Source: Burkholderiales bacterium
GTDB lineage: Bacteria; Pseudomonadota; Gammaproteobacteria; Burkholderiales; SG8-41
DNA length: 64,000 nucleotides
Reading direction: 5' to 3'
NCBI GenBank assembly: GCA_019634975.1
Contig: JAHCAI010000005.1
Location: 113,719 to 177,718 of the forward strand
In this document: piece after piece, positions 47,310 through 56,494 of the stretch
Layout: each line of letters begins with the position of its first letter
Numbering within the stretch: position 1 is the stretch's first letter
Position numbers and translations under genes: made by a program
Notes under the pieces: generated by a model
Told to the model about the DNA's origin: nothing
The model's input: the letters and a program-made list of their open reading frames with translations, nothing else
Databases searched by the model: none

Positions 47310-48431
47310 TCACGCCTTGCCCGGCGGCTGCAGGTATCCCGTCACCTCGAGGTCGAAACCCGCCATGCTCGGCATGCGCAGCGGCTGCGCCAGCACGCGC
47401 ATTTTCTTGACGCCGAGGTCGCGCAGGATCTGCGCGCCGATGCCGTAGTTGCGCAGCACGATCTTCGCCGGACTGCCGCGCTCGTGCTGCGGCCGCGCGC
47501 GCTCGAGCAGTTCCGCCGCGGTCTCCTGCCGGTGCAGCAGGATGATCACGCCGCGGCCCTCGCGGGCAATCGTTGCCATCGCATCGTGCAGGTTCCAGGA
47601 ATGGCGCGTCGCGCCGGTATCCAGCAGGTCGATCAGCGACACCGGCTCGTGCACCCGCACCGGCACCTCGTCCTTCGCCGTGAACGAGCCGCGCACCAGC
47701 GCGAGGTGGGTCTGCTGGCCCGCCATCTCGGTGTAGGCCACCAGCCTGAACTTGCCGTGCGCAGTGTCGATGTCGCGCTCGGTCGCGCGCTTGACCAGAG
47801 ATTCGGTGGCGCTGCGGTACTGGATCAGGTCGGTGATGGTGCCGATCTTCAGCCCGTGTTCGGCGGCGAAGGGAATCAGGTCCGGCAGCCGCGCCATCTC
47901 GCCGTTGTCCTTGAGGATTTCGCAGATCACCGCCGCCGGCGTCAGTCCCGCCAGCCGCGCCAGGTCGCAGCCCGCCTCGGTATGCCCGGCACGCACCAGC
48001 GTGCCACCATTCTGCGCCATCAGCGGAAAGATGTGCCCCGGCTGCACGATGTCCGACGGACCGGCATCGGCGCGGATCGCCGCCTGGATCGTCGTCGCGC
48101 GGTCGGCCGCGGAGATACCGGTGGTGACACCCTCGGCTGCCTCGATCGACAGCGTGAAGTTGGTGCCCATCGGCGAGCGGTTGTTGCTGACCATCAGCGG
48201 CAGGTTGAGCTGCCGGCAGCGCTCCTCGGTCAGCGTCAGGCAGATCAGGCCGCGGCCGTAGCGCGCCATGAAATTGATGGTCTCCGCCGTCGCGAATTCC
48301 GCGGCCAGCACCAGGTCGCCCTCGTTCTCGCGATCTTCCTCGTCAACGAGCACCACCATGCGCCCGGCGCGCATTTCGGCGATGATTTCTTCGGTGGAGC
48401 TGATCGCCACGTCGTGTTTTCCTGATTTCAA
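47310..48431 (-). CDS. ribBA: bifunctional 3,4-dihydroxy-2-butanone-4-phosphate synthase / GTP cyclohydrolase II-like protein
   Basis: 373 aa. It has the DHBP synthase motifs VDEEDRENEGDLV and RAGHTE, plus a C-terminal RibA-like domain. Confidence 0.93.
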   Translation of the reverse strand: MKSGKHDVAISSTEEIIAEMRAGRMVVLVDEEDRENEGDLVLAAEFATAETINFMARYGRGLICLTLTEERCRQLNLPLMVSNNRSPMGTNFTLSIEAAEGVTTGISAADRATTIQAAIRADAGPSDIVQPGHIFPLMAQNGGTLVRAGHTEAGCDLARLAGLTPAAVICEILKDNGEMARLPDLIPFAAEHGLKIGTITDLIQYRSATESLVKRATERDIDTAHGKFRLVAYTEMAGQQTHLALVRGSFTAKDEVPVRVHEPVSLIDLLDTGATRHSWNLHDAMATIAREGRGVIILLHRQETAAELLERARPQHERGSPAKIVLRNYGIGAQILRDLGVKKMRVLAQPLRMPSMAGFDLEVTGYLQPPGKA

Positions 48432-49036
48432 GATCCGTTTTCCTTGCCCGCGGCCATTTCGTTGAGCCGCTCCACATACCGCGCCAGCATGTCCACTTCC
48501 AGATTGACCTTCACGCCCGGCTTCAGGTTCTGCAGCGTGGTCGCGCCGAGGGTGTGCGGGATCAGGTTGACTTCGAAGCTGTCGCCGTCGACCGCATTCA
48601 CCGTCAGGCTGACGCCGTCCACCGCCACCGAGCCCTTGCGCGCGATGTAGCGCGCAATCGCCCGCGGCGCTTCGACAACGAGGCGCCGATTATCCCCCAC
48701 TGCGTCGAAGCGGGAAACCGTGCCGGTGCCATCGACATGCCCGGTCACCAGGTGGCCGCCGAGGCGGTCGGCGAGCCGCAGCGCTTTCTCCAGGTTGACC
48801 GGCGCGCCGGCGGCAAAGCCCGCGACCACCGACAGCGTCGCCTGCGACACCTCGGCCTCGAAATGGCTGTGGTCGAAGGCCACCACGGTCAGGCAGACGC
48901 CGCTGACCGCGATGCTGTCGCCGAGCGCCACATCCGCCATGTCCAGTCCGCCGGTATCGATGTGCAGGCGCAAGCCGCCCGGGGCGGGATCGGTTTTCGC
49001 GATGCGGCCGACGGCCGCGACAATGCCGGTGAACAT
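48428..49036 (-). CDS. ribE: riboflavin synthase
   Basis: 202 aa with the MFTGIV N-terminus and duplicated lumazine-binding repeats (SIAVSGVCLTV / SVAVDGVSLTV). Confidence 0.95.
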   Translation of the reverse strand: MFTGIVAAVGRIAKTDPAPGGLRLHIDTGGLDMADVALGDSIAVSGVCLTVVAFDHSHFEAEVSQATLSVVAGFAAGAPVNLEKALRLADRLGGHLVTGHVDGTGTVSRFDAVGDNRRLVVEAPRAIARYIARKGSVAVDGVSLTVNAVDGDSFEVNLIPHTLGATTLQNLKPGVKVNLEVDMLARYVERLNEMAAGKENGS

Positions 49037-50119
49037 TTATGCGGGCCTCGCCAGCATGCGCAGGTCTTCGCCGACCCGGCTCACCCCGGTGATCTTCAGC
49101 TTGCGCCGTCCGGCGAGGCTGTCCAGCGGCGGCAAATGGAACATGCCCTGCGCGGTGTCGCCGAGGATGCAGGGCGCCATGTAGATCAGCAGTTCATCGA
49201 CCAGCCCTTCGTCGAGCAATGAGCCGTTGAGCTTGTGACCGGCCTCGACATGCACCTCGTTGCAGCCGCGCCGCGCCAGTTCCTGCAGCAATGCCGGCAG
49301 TTCGACCTTGCCCTCGTGGTTCGGCAGCACCACGACTTCGGCGCCCTTCGCGCGCAGCGCCACCGAGCGCGGTACATCGGCGCCGGCCGCGGCAATGATC
49401 GTGCCCGGCCCGAGGATTCTCGCCGCCAGCGGCGTCTGCATCCGGCTGTCGACCACCACGCGCAGCGGCTGGCGCGTGGTCCGCACTTCGCGGACATTGA
49501 GCTGCGGATCGTCATCCTTGACCGTGCCCACGCCCGTCAGCACTGCGCAGGCCCGGGCGCGCCAGGCATGGCCGTCGCGGCGCGCGTCACTGCCGGTGAT
49601 CCACTGGCTCTGGCCGTTGGCCAGCGCGGTGCGGCCGTCGAGGCTCGCGGCAACCTTCATCCGCACCCAGGGCCTGCCCCGGGTCATCCGCGACACGAAA
49701 CCGATATTGAGTTCGCGCGCTTCCGTGTCCATCAGCCCGACATCGACCGTGATGCCGGCGGCGCGCAGCTGTTCGAAACCCCTGCCGGCGGTCAGCGGAT
49801 TGGGATCCTGCATCGCCGCCACCACCCGCGCCGGCTTCGCCTTCAGCAAGGCATCGACGCAGGGCGGCGTGCGGCCGTGATGGGCACAGGGTTCCAGCGT
49901 CACGTAGACCGTCGCGCCGGTAGCCTGTTTGCGCGCGTGCTCCAGCGCGATCGCCTCGGCATGCGCCGCGCCGGCCTTCTCGTGCCAGCCCTCGCCGACC
50001 ACCTGGCCGTCCTTCACAATCACGCAGCCGACGCGCGGGTTCGGCGTGGTCGTGTACAGCCCGCGCGCCGCGAGTTCCAGCGCATAAGCCATGTGGCGGT
50101 GATCGTCGGGAGTGAACAT
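49037..50119 (-). CDS. ribD: bifunctional riboflavin biosynthesis deaminase/reductase
   Basis: 360 aa. It has the CMP/dCMP deaminase zinc motifs HAEAIAL and PCAHHGRTPPC, plus a C-terminal reductase domain. Confidence 0.95.
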   Translation of the reverse strand: MFTPDDHRHMAYALELAARGLYTTTPNPRVGCVIVKDGQVVGEGWHEKAGAAHAEAIALEHARKQATGATVYVTLEPCAHHGRTPPCVDALLKAKPARVVAAMQDPNPLTAGRGFEQLRAAGITVDVGLMDTEARELNIGFVSRMTRGRPWVRMKVAASLDGRTALANGQSQWITGSDARRDGHAWRARACAVLTGVGTVKDDDPQLNVREVRTTRQPLRVVVDSRMQTPLAARILGPGTIIAAAGADVPRSVALRAKGAEVVVLPNHEGKVELPALLQELARRGCNEVHVEAGHKLNGSLLDEGLVDELLIYMAPCILGDTAQGMFHLPPLDSLAGRRKLKITGVSRVGEDLRMLARPA

Positions 50120-50154
50120 GTCGGATTCAGCCTGCGCCGCAGCGGCAATGCCGC

Positions 50155-50616
50155 CTACTTGCGGCCCGGCTTGCGCACTTCCTTGATGGCGTCGGTAAAA
50201 TCATCGACGCCCTGGAAGCTGCGGTAGACGGAAGCGAAGCGGATGTAGGCCACTTCGTCGAGTTTCTTCAGTTCGCGCATCACCATCTCGCCGACGCGCC
50301 GCGCCGGCACCTCGCGCTCGCCCAGCGACAGCAGCTCGTTGGTCAGCGCGCCGATCGCCTCGTCGACCAGCTGGGTCGGCACCGGCCGTTTGTGCAGCGC
50401 GCGCATGAAGCTGGTGCGCAGCTTGCCGAGATCGAACTCGGCGCGGCTGCCGTCCTGCTTGACCACCTGCGGCATGCGCAGCTCCACGGTTTCGTAGGTC
50501 GTGAAGCGCTTGCTGCAGGACACGCACTTGCGGCGGCGGCGGATGGTGTCCCCGTCATCGCTCTCGCGCGAGTCGATGACCTGGGTTTCGTCCGATTTGC
50601 AGAAAGGACACTTCAT
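50155..50616 (-). CDS. nrdR: transcriptional repressor NrdR
   Basis: [34 protein letters not shown] is the zinc ribbon. It is followed by an ATP-cone domain. Confidence 0.97.
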   Translation of the reverse strand: MKCPFCKSDETQVIDSRESDDGDTIRRRRKCVSCSKRFTTYETVELRMPQVVKQDGSRAEFDLGKLRTSFMRALHKRPVPTQLVDEAIGALTNELLSLGEREVPARRVGEMVMRELKKLDEVAYIRFASVYRSFQGVDDFTDAIKEVRKPGRK

Positions 50617-50623
50617 GAAGGCA

Positions 50624-50714
50624 GCGAGGAGCGATGAGCGATGAACGATGAACCAAGTTCAAAACCATGGGTTTCAGGGTATTCGCTCATCACTCATCGC
50701 TCCTCGTTCATCAC
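50624..50714. repeat. long imperfect palindrome built from 7-bp repeat units, in the glyA-nrdR spacer
   Basis: The left arm gaggagcgatgagcgatga (50626-50644) pairs with tcatcactcatcgctcctc (50687-50705) with one mismatch. Both arms are arrays of GATGARC/GAGGAGC heptamers. A small central palindrome aaaccatgggttt is also present. Confidence 0.7.
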
Positions 50715-50716
50715 TG

Positions 50717-51970
50717 TCACTTATAGACCGGGAAGCGGTCGCACAGCGCCTTGACTTCGCCGCGGACGCGGTCGATCACCGCCTCGTCCTGCGGCGCGTC
50801 GAGCACGTCGGCGATCAGGCCGGCGAGCTTTTCGGCTTCGGGCGCGCGGAAGCCGCGGGTGGTCATCGCCGGCGAGCCGATGCGCACGCCGCTGGTCACC
50901 ATCGGCGGGCGGGTGTCGTTGGGCACCGCGTTCTTGTTGACCGTCATGTGCGCGCGGCCCAGCGCCTGCTCGGCCTCGATGCCGGTCACCGGCTTGTCGC
51001 GCAGGTCGAGCAGGAACAGGTGGCAGTCGGTGCGGCCGGAGACGATGCGGTAACCGCGGCCCTGCAGCACCTTCGCCATCAGGCGCGCATTGTCGAGCAC
51101 CTGCTGCTGGTAGGCGCGGAATTCCGGGCTCATCGCCTCCTTCAGCGCCACCGCCTTGGCGGCGATGACATGCATCAGCGGGCCGCCCTGGGAACCGGGG
51201 AACACCGCGGAGTTGAGGATTTTTTCGTGCTCGGCCGCGGCGAGGATCAGCCCGCCGCGCGGGCCGCGCAGCGTCTTGTGCGTGGTCGTGGTCACGAAAT
51301 CGGCGATGCCCACCGGGCTCGGATAGAGGCCGGCGGCCACGAGGCCGGCGTAATGCGCCATGTCGGCCATCAGCATCGCGCCCACGCTGTCGGCGATCTC
51401 GCGGAACTTCTTCCAGTCGATCGCCAGCGCGTAGGCCGAGGCGCCGGCAACGATCAGCTTCGGCTTGTGGGTTTTCGCCAGCTCGGCGACTTCGTCATAG
51501 TTGATGGCCTGGGTCTGCGGGTCGAGGCCATAGCTCACCGCGTTGTAGTACTTGCCGCTGATGTTGACCTTGGCACCGTGGGTCAGGTGGCCGCCGTCGG
51601 AGAGCCGCATGCCGAGGATGGTGTCGCCCGGCTTCAGCACCGCAAGGAACACCGCGGCATTGGCCTGGGCGCCGGAATGCGGCTGGACGTTGGCATAGCC
51701 GGCCTTGAACAGCGCCTTGGCACGCTCGATGGCCAGCGTTTCGGCGATGTCCACGTATTCGCAGCCGCCGTAATAGCGCTTGCCGGGATAACCCTCGGCG
51801 TACTTGTTGGTCAGCACCGAGCCCTGGGCCTGCAGCACCGCCGGGCTCGCGTAGTTTTCCGAGGCAATCAGCTCGATGTGGTCTTCCTGGCGCTGCGCTT
51901 CCTGGCTGATGGCGCGGAACAGTTCGGGATCGGTGGTTTCGAGGATGCTGTTGGACAGGGACATGGACAA
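50717..51970 (-). CDS. glyA: serine hydroxymethyltransferase
   Basis: 417 aa. Motifs: ELIASENY, the PLP site [14 protein letters not shown], and GGPLMH. Confidence 0.98.
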   Translation of the reverse strand: MSMSLSNSILETTDPELFRAISQEAQRQEDHIELIASENYASPAVLQAQGSVLTNKYAEGYPGKRYYGGCEYVDIAETLAIERAKALFKAGYANVQPHSGAQANAAVFLAVLKPGDTILGMRLSDGGHLTHGAKVNISGKYYNAVSYGLDPQTQAINYDEVAELAKTHKPKLIVAGASAYALAIDWKKFREIADSVGAMLMADMAHYAGLVAAGLYPSPVGIADFVTTTTHKTLRGPRGGLILAAAEHEKILNSAVFPGSQGGPLMHVIAAKAVALKEAMSPEFRAYQQQVLDNARLMAKVLQGRGYRIVSGRTDCHLFLLDLRDKPVTGIEAEQALGRAHMTVNKNAVPNDTRPPMVTSGVRIGSPAMTTRGFRAPEAEKLAGLIADVLDAPQDEAVIDRVRGEVKALCDRFPVYK

Positions 51971-52107
51971 ATGCTCAAGGGTTGCCGGAGGCGGCCGCAG
52001 CGGCCGGAACAGGCCGGGATTTTATCATGCGGAACAGCCGCTTACCCCTGCCGGCGCAGCCCGGAGCCCGTATGATGTGGTCTGGATCAAAGGGGGGCAT
52101 CCGCATC

Positions 52108-52647
52108 ATGAAACCGCTGCTGGCGCTGTCGCGCGCGATCGACGCGCTGAACGAGGCCGTCGGCCGCGGCGCCTGCTGGCTGGTCCTGCTGTGCATACTG
52201 ATCAGCGCCGGCAACGCGGTGTCCCGCTACGGCTTCAGCTACAGCTCCAACGGCCTGCTTGAAATCCAGTGGTACCTCTACACGCTGGTGTTCCTCGGCG
52301 CCGCCGGCTACACGCTGAAGCACAACGCCCATGTGCGCATCGACCTCGTCGCCGGGCGCCTGTCGCCGCGAGCGCAGGCCTGGATCGACATCTTCGGCCA
52401 TGTCTTCATGCTGCTGCCGGTCTGCGCCATCATGCTGTGGTTCGGCTGGTCCGCCTTCCTCGAATCCTGGCGCATCAATGAAATGTCCACCGACGCCGGC
52501 GGCCTGCTGCGCTGGCCGATCAAGCTCGCCGTGCCGATCGCCTTCGCGCTGCTGATCCTGCAGGGCCTGTCGGAGACCATCAAGAAATTCGCGCTGCTCG
52601 GCGCAACACCGGCGGCCGACGGAACAGACGGCTTCGCAGAACGCTGA
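52108..52647 (+). CDS. TRAP transporter small permease (DctQ-type; start 52108 or 52072)
   Basis: About 179 aa with four TM segments. WLVLLCILISAGNAVSRY...HVRIDLV is typical of DctQ-family proteins. Confidence 0.85.
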   Translation: MKPLLALSRAIDALNEAVGRGACWLVLLCILISAGNAVSRYGFSYSSNGLLEIQWYLYTLVFLGAAGYTLKHNAHVRIDLVAGRLSPRAQAWIDIFGHVFMLLPVCAIMLWFGWSAFLESWRINEMSTDAGGLLRWPIKLAVPIAFALLILQGLSETIKKFALLGATPAADGTDGFAER

Positions 52648-52672
52648 CATGCCTGCTGAATCTGCAAATCAA

Positions 52673-52747
52673 CCCGTGACCCCGGCAGAAGCCGGGGTCA
52701 CGGGGTTTTGGGTCGGTCAGCACCGGATTCCGGCTTTCGCCGGAATG
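52673..52747. repeat. REP-like hairpins in the dctQ-dctM spacer
   Basis: Hairpin 1 is cccgtgaccccggc-agaa-gccggggtcacggg (52673-52704), followed by gttttgg. Hairpin 2 is attccggc-tttc-gccggaat (52726-52745). The latter belongs to the widespread repeat type whose translation reads VIPAKAGI. Confidence 0.55.
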
Positions 52748-52770
52748 ACGACGAAACAGGGGCGGACGTA

Positions 52771-54231
52771 ATGGCCTTCGAACTGATGGCCCCGCTGATG
52801 TTCGTCGGCCTTGCGGTCCTGCTGCTGCTCGGCTACCCGGTCGCCTTCGCGCTCGCCGCCAACGGCCTGCTGTTCGCCTTCATCGGCTTCGAGCTCGGCC
52901 TGCTGCAGCCGGAGCTGCTGCAGGCGCTGCCGCAGCGGCTCTACGGCATCATGGCCAACCCGCTGCTGCTGGCGATTCCCTTCTTCACCTTCATGGGCCT
53001 CGTGCTCGAGCGCAGCGGCATGGCCGAAGACCTGCTCGACACCGTGGGCCAGATCTTCGGCCCGCTGCGCGGCGGCGTCGCCTACGCGGTGATCTTCGTC
53101 GGCGCGCTGCTCGCCGCGACCACCGGCGTCATCGCTGCCTCGGTGATCGCGATGGGCCTCATTTCGCTGCCGGTGATGCTGCGCTACAAATACTCGCCGC
53201 GGCTTGCCAGCGGCGTCATCTGCGCCTCCGGCACGCTGGCGCAGATCATCCCGCCGTCGATCGTGCTGATCGTGCTCGCCGACGTGCTCGGCGCCTCCGT
53301 CGGCGACATGTACGCCGGCGCGGTGCTGCCGGGCCTGCTGCTGGTGATGCTGCTGCTCGGCTACGTCTTCATCACCACGATGATCAATCCCGCCGCCGCC
53401 CCCGCGCTGCCGCCGGAGGCGCGCCGCCTGCGCGGCGCCCTGCTGTGGCGGCACGCGCTGCTGGTCATGGTGCCGCCGCTGGTGCTGATTTTCCTGGTGC
53501 TGGGCTCGATCTTCGCCGGCATTGCCACGCCCTCCGAAGGCGGCGCGCTGGGCGCGGTCGGCGCGCTGGCGCTTGCCGCGGTCCGCAAACGCCTCAACCT
53601 GAAAATGCTGCGCGAAGCACTCGATGCGACGACAAAACTGTCGAGCTTCGTGATGTTCATCCTGATCGGGTCCACGGTGTTCGCGCTGACCTTCCGCGCA
53701 GTCGACGGCGACCTCTGGGTGGAGCGCCTGTTCACGCTGGTGCCCGGCGGCGAGGTCGGCTTCCTCGTCGTCGTGCACCTGATGATTTTCGTGCTCGGCT
53801 TCTTCCTCGACTTTTTCGAGATCGCCTTCATCCTGCTGCCGCTGCTCGCGCCGGTGGCCGCCAAGCTCGGCATCGACCCGGTGTGGTTCGCGGTGATGAT
53901 CGGCATCAACCTGCAGACCTCCTTCCTGACGCCGCCCTTCGGTTTCGCGCTGTTCTACCTGAGGAGCGTCGCCCCGAAGCAGATCAGCACCGCCGACATC
54001 TACAAGGGCGTCGCCCCCTTCATCGGCGTGCAGCTCATCGCGCTGCTGCTGGTGATCAGTTACCCGCAGCTGGTCAGTGCCTTCGCCGACAAGCCGGCAA
54101 CGAGGGATATCGGCAACATCGAAATCAACATCCCCGCCGAAGGCAGCGCGAACAAGCCGGGTACCGACGGCCTGACCCCGGAAGAGCGGTCAGCCGCCGA
54201 GATCGAGCGCATGCTGCGCGAGGGGAAGTAA
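52771..54231 (+). CDS. TRAP transporter large permease (DctM-type)
   Basis: 486 aa from MAFELMAPLMFVGLAVLLLLGYP. It is polytopic, and IPFFTFMGLVLERSGMAEDL is a DctM signature. Confidence 0.9.
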   Translation: MAFELMAPLMFVGLAVLLLLGYPVAFALAANGLLFAFIGFELGLLQPELLQALPQRLYGIMANPLLLAIPFFTFMGLVLERSGMAEDLLDTVGQIFGPLRGGVAYAVIFVGALLAATTGVIAASVIAMGLISLPVMLRYKYSPRLASGVICASGTLAQIIPPSIVLIVLADVLGASVGDMYAGAVLPGLLLVMLLLGYVFITTMINPAAAPALPPEARRLRGALLWRHALLVMVPPLVLIFLVLGSIFAGIATPSEGGALGAVGALALAAVRKRLNLKMLREALDATTKLSSFVMFILIGSTVFALTFRAVDGDLWVERLFTLVPGGEVGFLVVVHLMIFVLGFFLDFFEIAFILLPLLAPVAAKLGIDPVWFAVMIGINLQTSFLTPPFGFALFYLRSVAPKQISTADIYKGVAPFIGVQLIALLLVISYPQLVSAFADKPATRDIGNIEINIPAEGSANKPGTDGLTPEERSAAEIERMLREGK

Positions 54232-54263
54232 AAAATATCAATATAATCAAATACTTATATATC
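54231..54263. repeat. AT-rich intergenic element with IHF-consensus core
   Basis: Sequence aaaaatatcaatataatcaaatacttatatatc. The core aatcaaatactta (54245-54257) is identical to 46743-46755. It lies between convergent stop codons. Confidence 0.5.
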
Positions 54264-55497
54264 ACCCCGCCGGCTGGCCACGATCCCCGGCCAGTGCCCG
54301 CGGCCGCATCAGCCGGAACACGGCCAGCGCCAGCAGCATCAGCACCGCAACCAGCAGGAAGGCGAGGCCCCAGGCGAAAGTGGACGCCCCGCCGGCAAAG
54401 TCCAGCACATAGCCGATCATCAGCGGGCCGAGGAAGCCGCCGGTGTAGCCGAGCATCGAATGCACGGCGAGCGTCGCACCGCGGCGTGAAGGCTCTGCCG
54501 TGCCCGCCGCACCGGAAGTCAGCGACGACGAATCGAGCCACACCACAAAACCGTAGAACACCAGCAAGCCCACCGCCAGCGGATACGACTGGCTGCCGGC
54601 AAAGCCGATGCTGCCGCCGACCAGCACCGAGGCGCCCATCGCCAGCGTGATCAGGCGCAGGCGTCCCCAGCGGATCGCCGCCTCGTTGCCGAGCACGCTC
54701 GCCAGGGTGCCGACGAGCGCGAGCACCGTCACCACCAGCGTCGGCGAAAAGCGCGCCTCGGCACCGGTGCTCAATGCGACGTAGGCGAGAAAAGCCACGC
54801 CCCAGCCGCGCAGGGCGTTCATCTCCAGCGTGTGGATGCAGTAGGCCATCGCATAGGCCATCGCCGAGCGGTTGCGGAACACCGGCCGGAAATCGAACAG
54901 CGCGTGGCCATCGGCGGCGGGAGGCGGCGGCTTGCGTCCCGGCACCCGCAGCGCGACCAGCAGCCAGGCTGCCGTCGCGGTCAGGCCGGCGACGATGAAA
55001 GCAGCCGGCCAGCCGTAAGCATGGGCCAGCAGATCGGCGCAGGAAAACGACAGCGCCCCTGAAATGCCGATGCTCGCCGCATGTCCCGCCACCGCGCGCG
55101 ACATCAGTTTCGCATCGACCTGGTCCGCGAGCAGCTTGAGGCCGGTCATGTAGGTGCCGGCCCAGCCGATCCCCGCCAGCCCGCGCAGCCACAGCGCCGA
55201 CCAGAAGCCCTCGGCCATCCAGCCGAAGAGCAGGTGGGCCGCGATGGTGCAGGCTACGCCGAACAGATAGACCCGCCGCGCATCGATGCGGTCGGTCAGC
55301 GTCACCAGGATCGGCACCGCCAGCAGATAACTGCCGTAGAACATCGCGGTAATCCAGCCTGCCTCGCTGTTGGACAGCCCCCACAGCGGCATCATGCCGG
55401 GCAGCAGCGCCGGCCAGAAATAGGCGCCGATCTGCACCAGCACCTGCGCCGCGCAGACCACTGCGACAAGTCGCGCGCCAGACAGGGTTGGGGGCAT
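54262..55497 (-). CDS. MFS transporter
   Basis: 411 aa from MPPTLSGARLVAV, with about 12 TM segments. The loop LTDRIDARRVYLFG is an MFS motif A-like sequence. Confidence 0.85.
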   Translation of the reverse strand: MPPTLSGARLVAVVCAAQVLVQIGAYFWPALLPGMMPLWGLSNSEAGWITAMFYGSYLLAVPILVTLTDRIDARRVYLFGVACTIAAHLLFGWMAEGFWSALWLRGLAGIGWAGTYMTGLKLLADQVDAKLMSRAVAGHAASIGISGALSFSCADLLAHAYGWPAAFIVAGLTATAAWLLVALRVPGRKPPPPAADGHALFDFRPVFRNRSAMAYAMAYCIHTLEMNALRGWGVAFLAYVALSTGAEARFSPTLVVTVLALVGTLASVLGNEAAIRWGRLRLITLAMGASVLVGGSIGFAGSQSYPLAVGLLVFYGFVVWLDSSSLTSGAAGTAEPSRRGATLAVHSMLGYTGGFLGPLMIGYVLDFAGGASTFAWGLAFLLVAVLMLLALAVFRLMRPRALAGDRGQPAG

Positions 55498-55531
55498 CGT
55501 GACGGGATTAATTACCGGAGCCCGGGCCCGA

Positions 55532-56470
55532 CTATTCCAGCAACAGGTTCGGCCGCCCCAGCTGCAGCAGCAGACCCAGCTCGTCGGCAAAGGTCCAGTT
55601 GTCGACGCAGCGGCCATCCTTGAAAGTCATGATAGCCACCGCGTTGACGCCGACCTGCCGCCCGGTCGGCGCGATGCCGCACAGCGGCCCGCGGTGCGTG
55701 CCGCCGACGTTGAAGCGCATCCACACTTCATCGCCCTCCGCCAGCAGGATATCCACACCGTAGGCACGATCGGGAAAGGCGGCATCGAGATCGAGCGCGC
55801 CGTACCCCCTGGCCTCGCTGTACGCGCGCAGGTGCTTGAAACCCTGCCGCAGCGAATGCCCCGCCCCGGACCGCGCCTGCGGCGACAGGCGCGTGCGCGC
55901 CGCGGCAACCTTGTTGCGCTCGAGCGGCGAGAGGTCGCGCCCCTCGAACTGCCGCAGGCAGGCCACGGCATCCGGCGTCCGCGGAACCGGCGGCGCGATG
56001 ATGTTGCCGTCAGCCCGCGGCGGCAGCTTCGCGCCCAGCTGCCGCAGCAGCTCCGCCTCGTCCATCATGAACCAGCCCTCGACCATCTGGCCATCGACGA
56101 TGCGCAGCAGCGCGACTTCATAGACGTCGACCCGTTTGCCGGTGGGCTCGATGCCGAAGAAGCTGCCGGTATGGGTGCCGGTCACGCGAAACAGCAGCCC
56201 CACGCGGTCGCCGTCGGCGATCACCCGCTCGATGACATCCACCCGGTCCGGAAAGGCCGCGCGCAGGTACAGCGCCGGATGCGGCCAACCCTGGTCGCGG
56301 GCATTGTTCGCCAGATGCAGGTTGCCGCCGCGCACACGATCGTAGTTCGGCGCCAACACCTCCTTCTCCACCTGCGGCATTTCCGGTGTGCCCTGCTCCT
56401 GCTTGAAGCGGAGGGCGATTTCGACGTTGCGGGCGAGGGTGCCGCTGCGGTTGGGATTAGCGTGGATCAT
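55532..56470 (-). CDS. tandem SnoaL-like (ester-cyclase-like) domain protein
   Basis: 312 aa with two repeats of the pattern FPD..........GD.V...F...GTH.G...GI.PTG..V......I....DG..VE.W. Confidence 0.65.
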   Translation of the reverse strand: MIHANPNRSGTLARNVEIALRFKQEQGTPEMPQVEKEVLAPNYDRVRGGNLHLANNARDQGWPHPALYLRAAFPDRVDVIERVIADGDRVGLLFRVTGTHTGSFFGIEPTGKRVDVYEVALLRIVDGQMVEGWFMMDEAELLRQLGAKLPPRADGNIIAPPVPRTPDAVACLRQFEGRDLSPLERNKVAAARTRLSPQARSGAGHSLRQGFKHLRAYSEARGYGALDLDAAFPDRAYGVDILLAEGDEVWMRFNVGGTHRGPLCGIAPTGRQVGVNAVAIMTFKDGRCVDNWTFADELGLLLQLGRPNLLLE

Positions 56471-56494
56471 CGATAATTCTCATCCACCCTCAAG

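Noticed and set aside
46768-50119. Looked for an FMN (RFN) riboswitch in the riboflavin operon.
   Set aside because: All spacers in nrdR-ribD-ribE-ribBA-ribH-nusB are 0-44 nt, too short for an RFN element of about 130-160 nt. The only sizeable spacer is the 8-bp repeat array.
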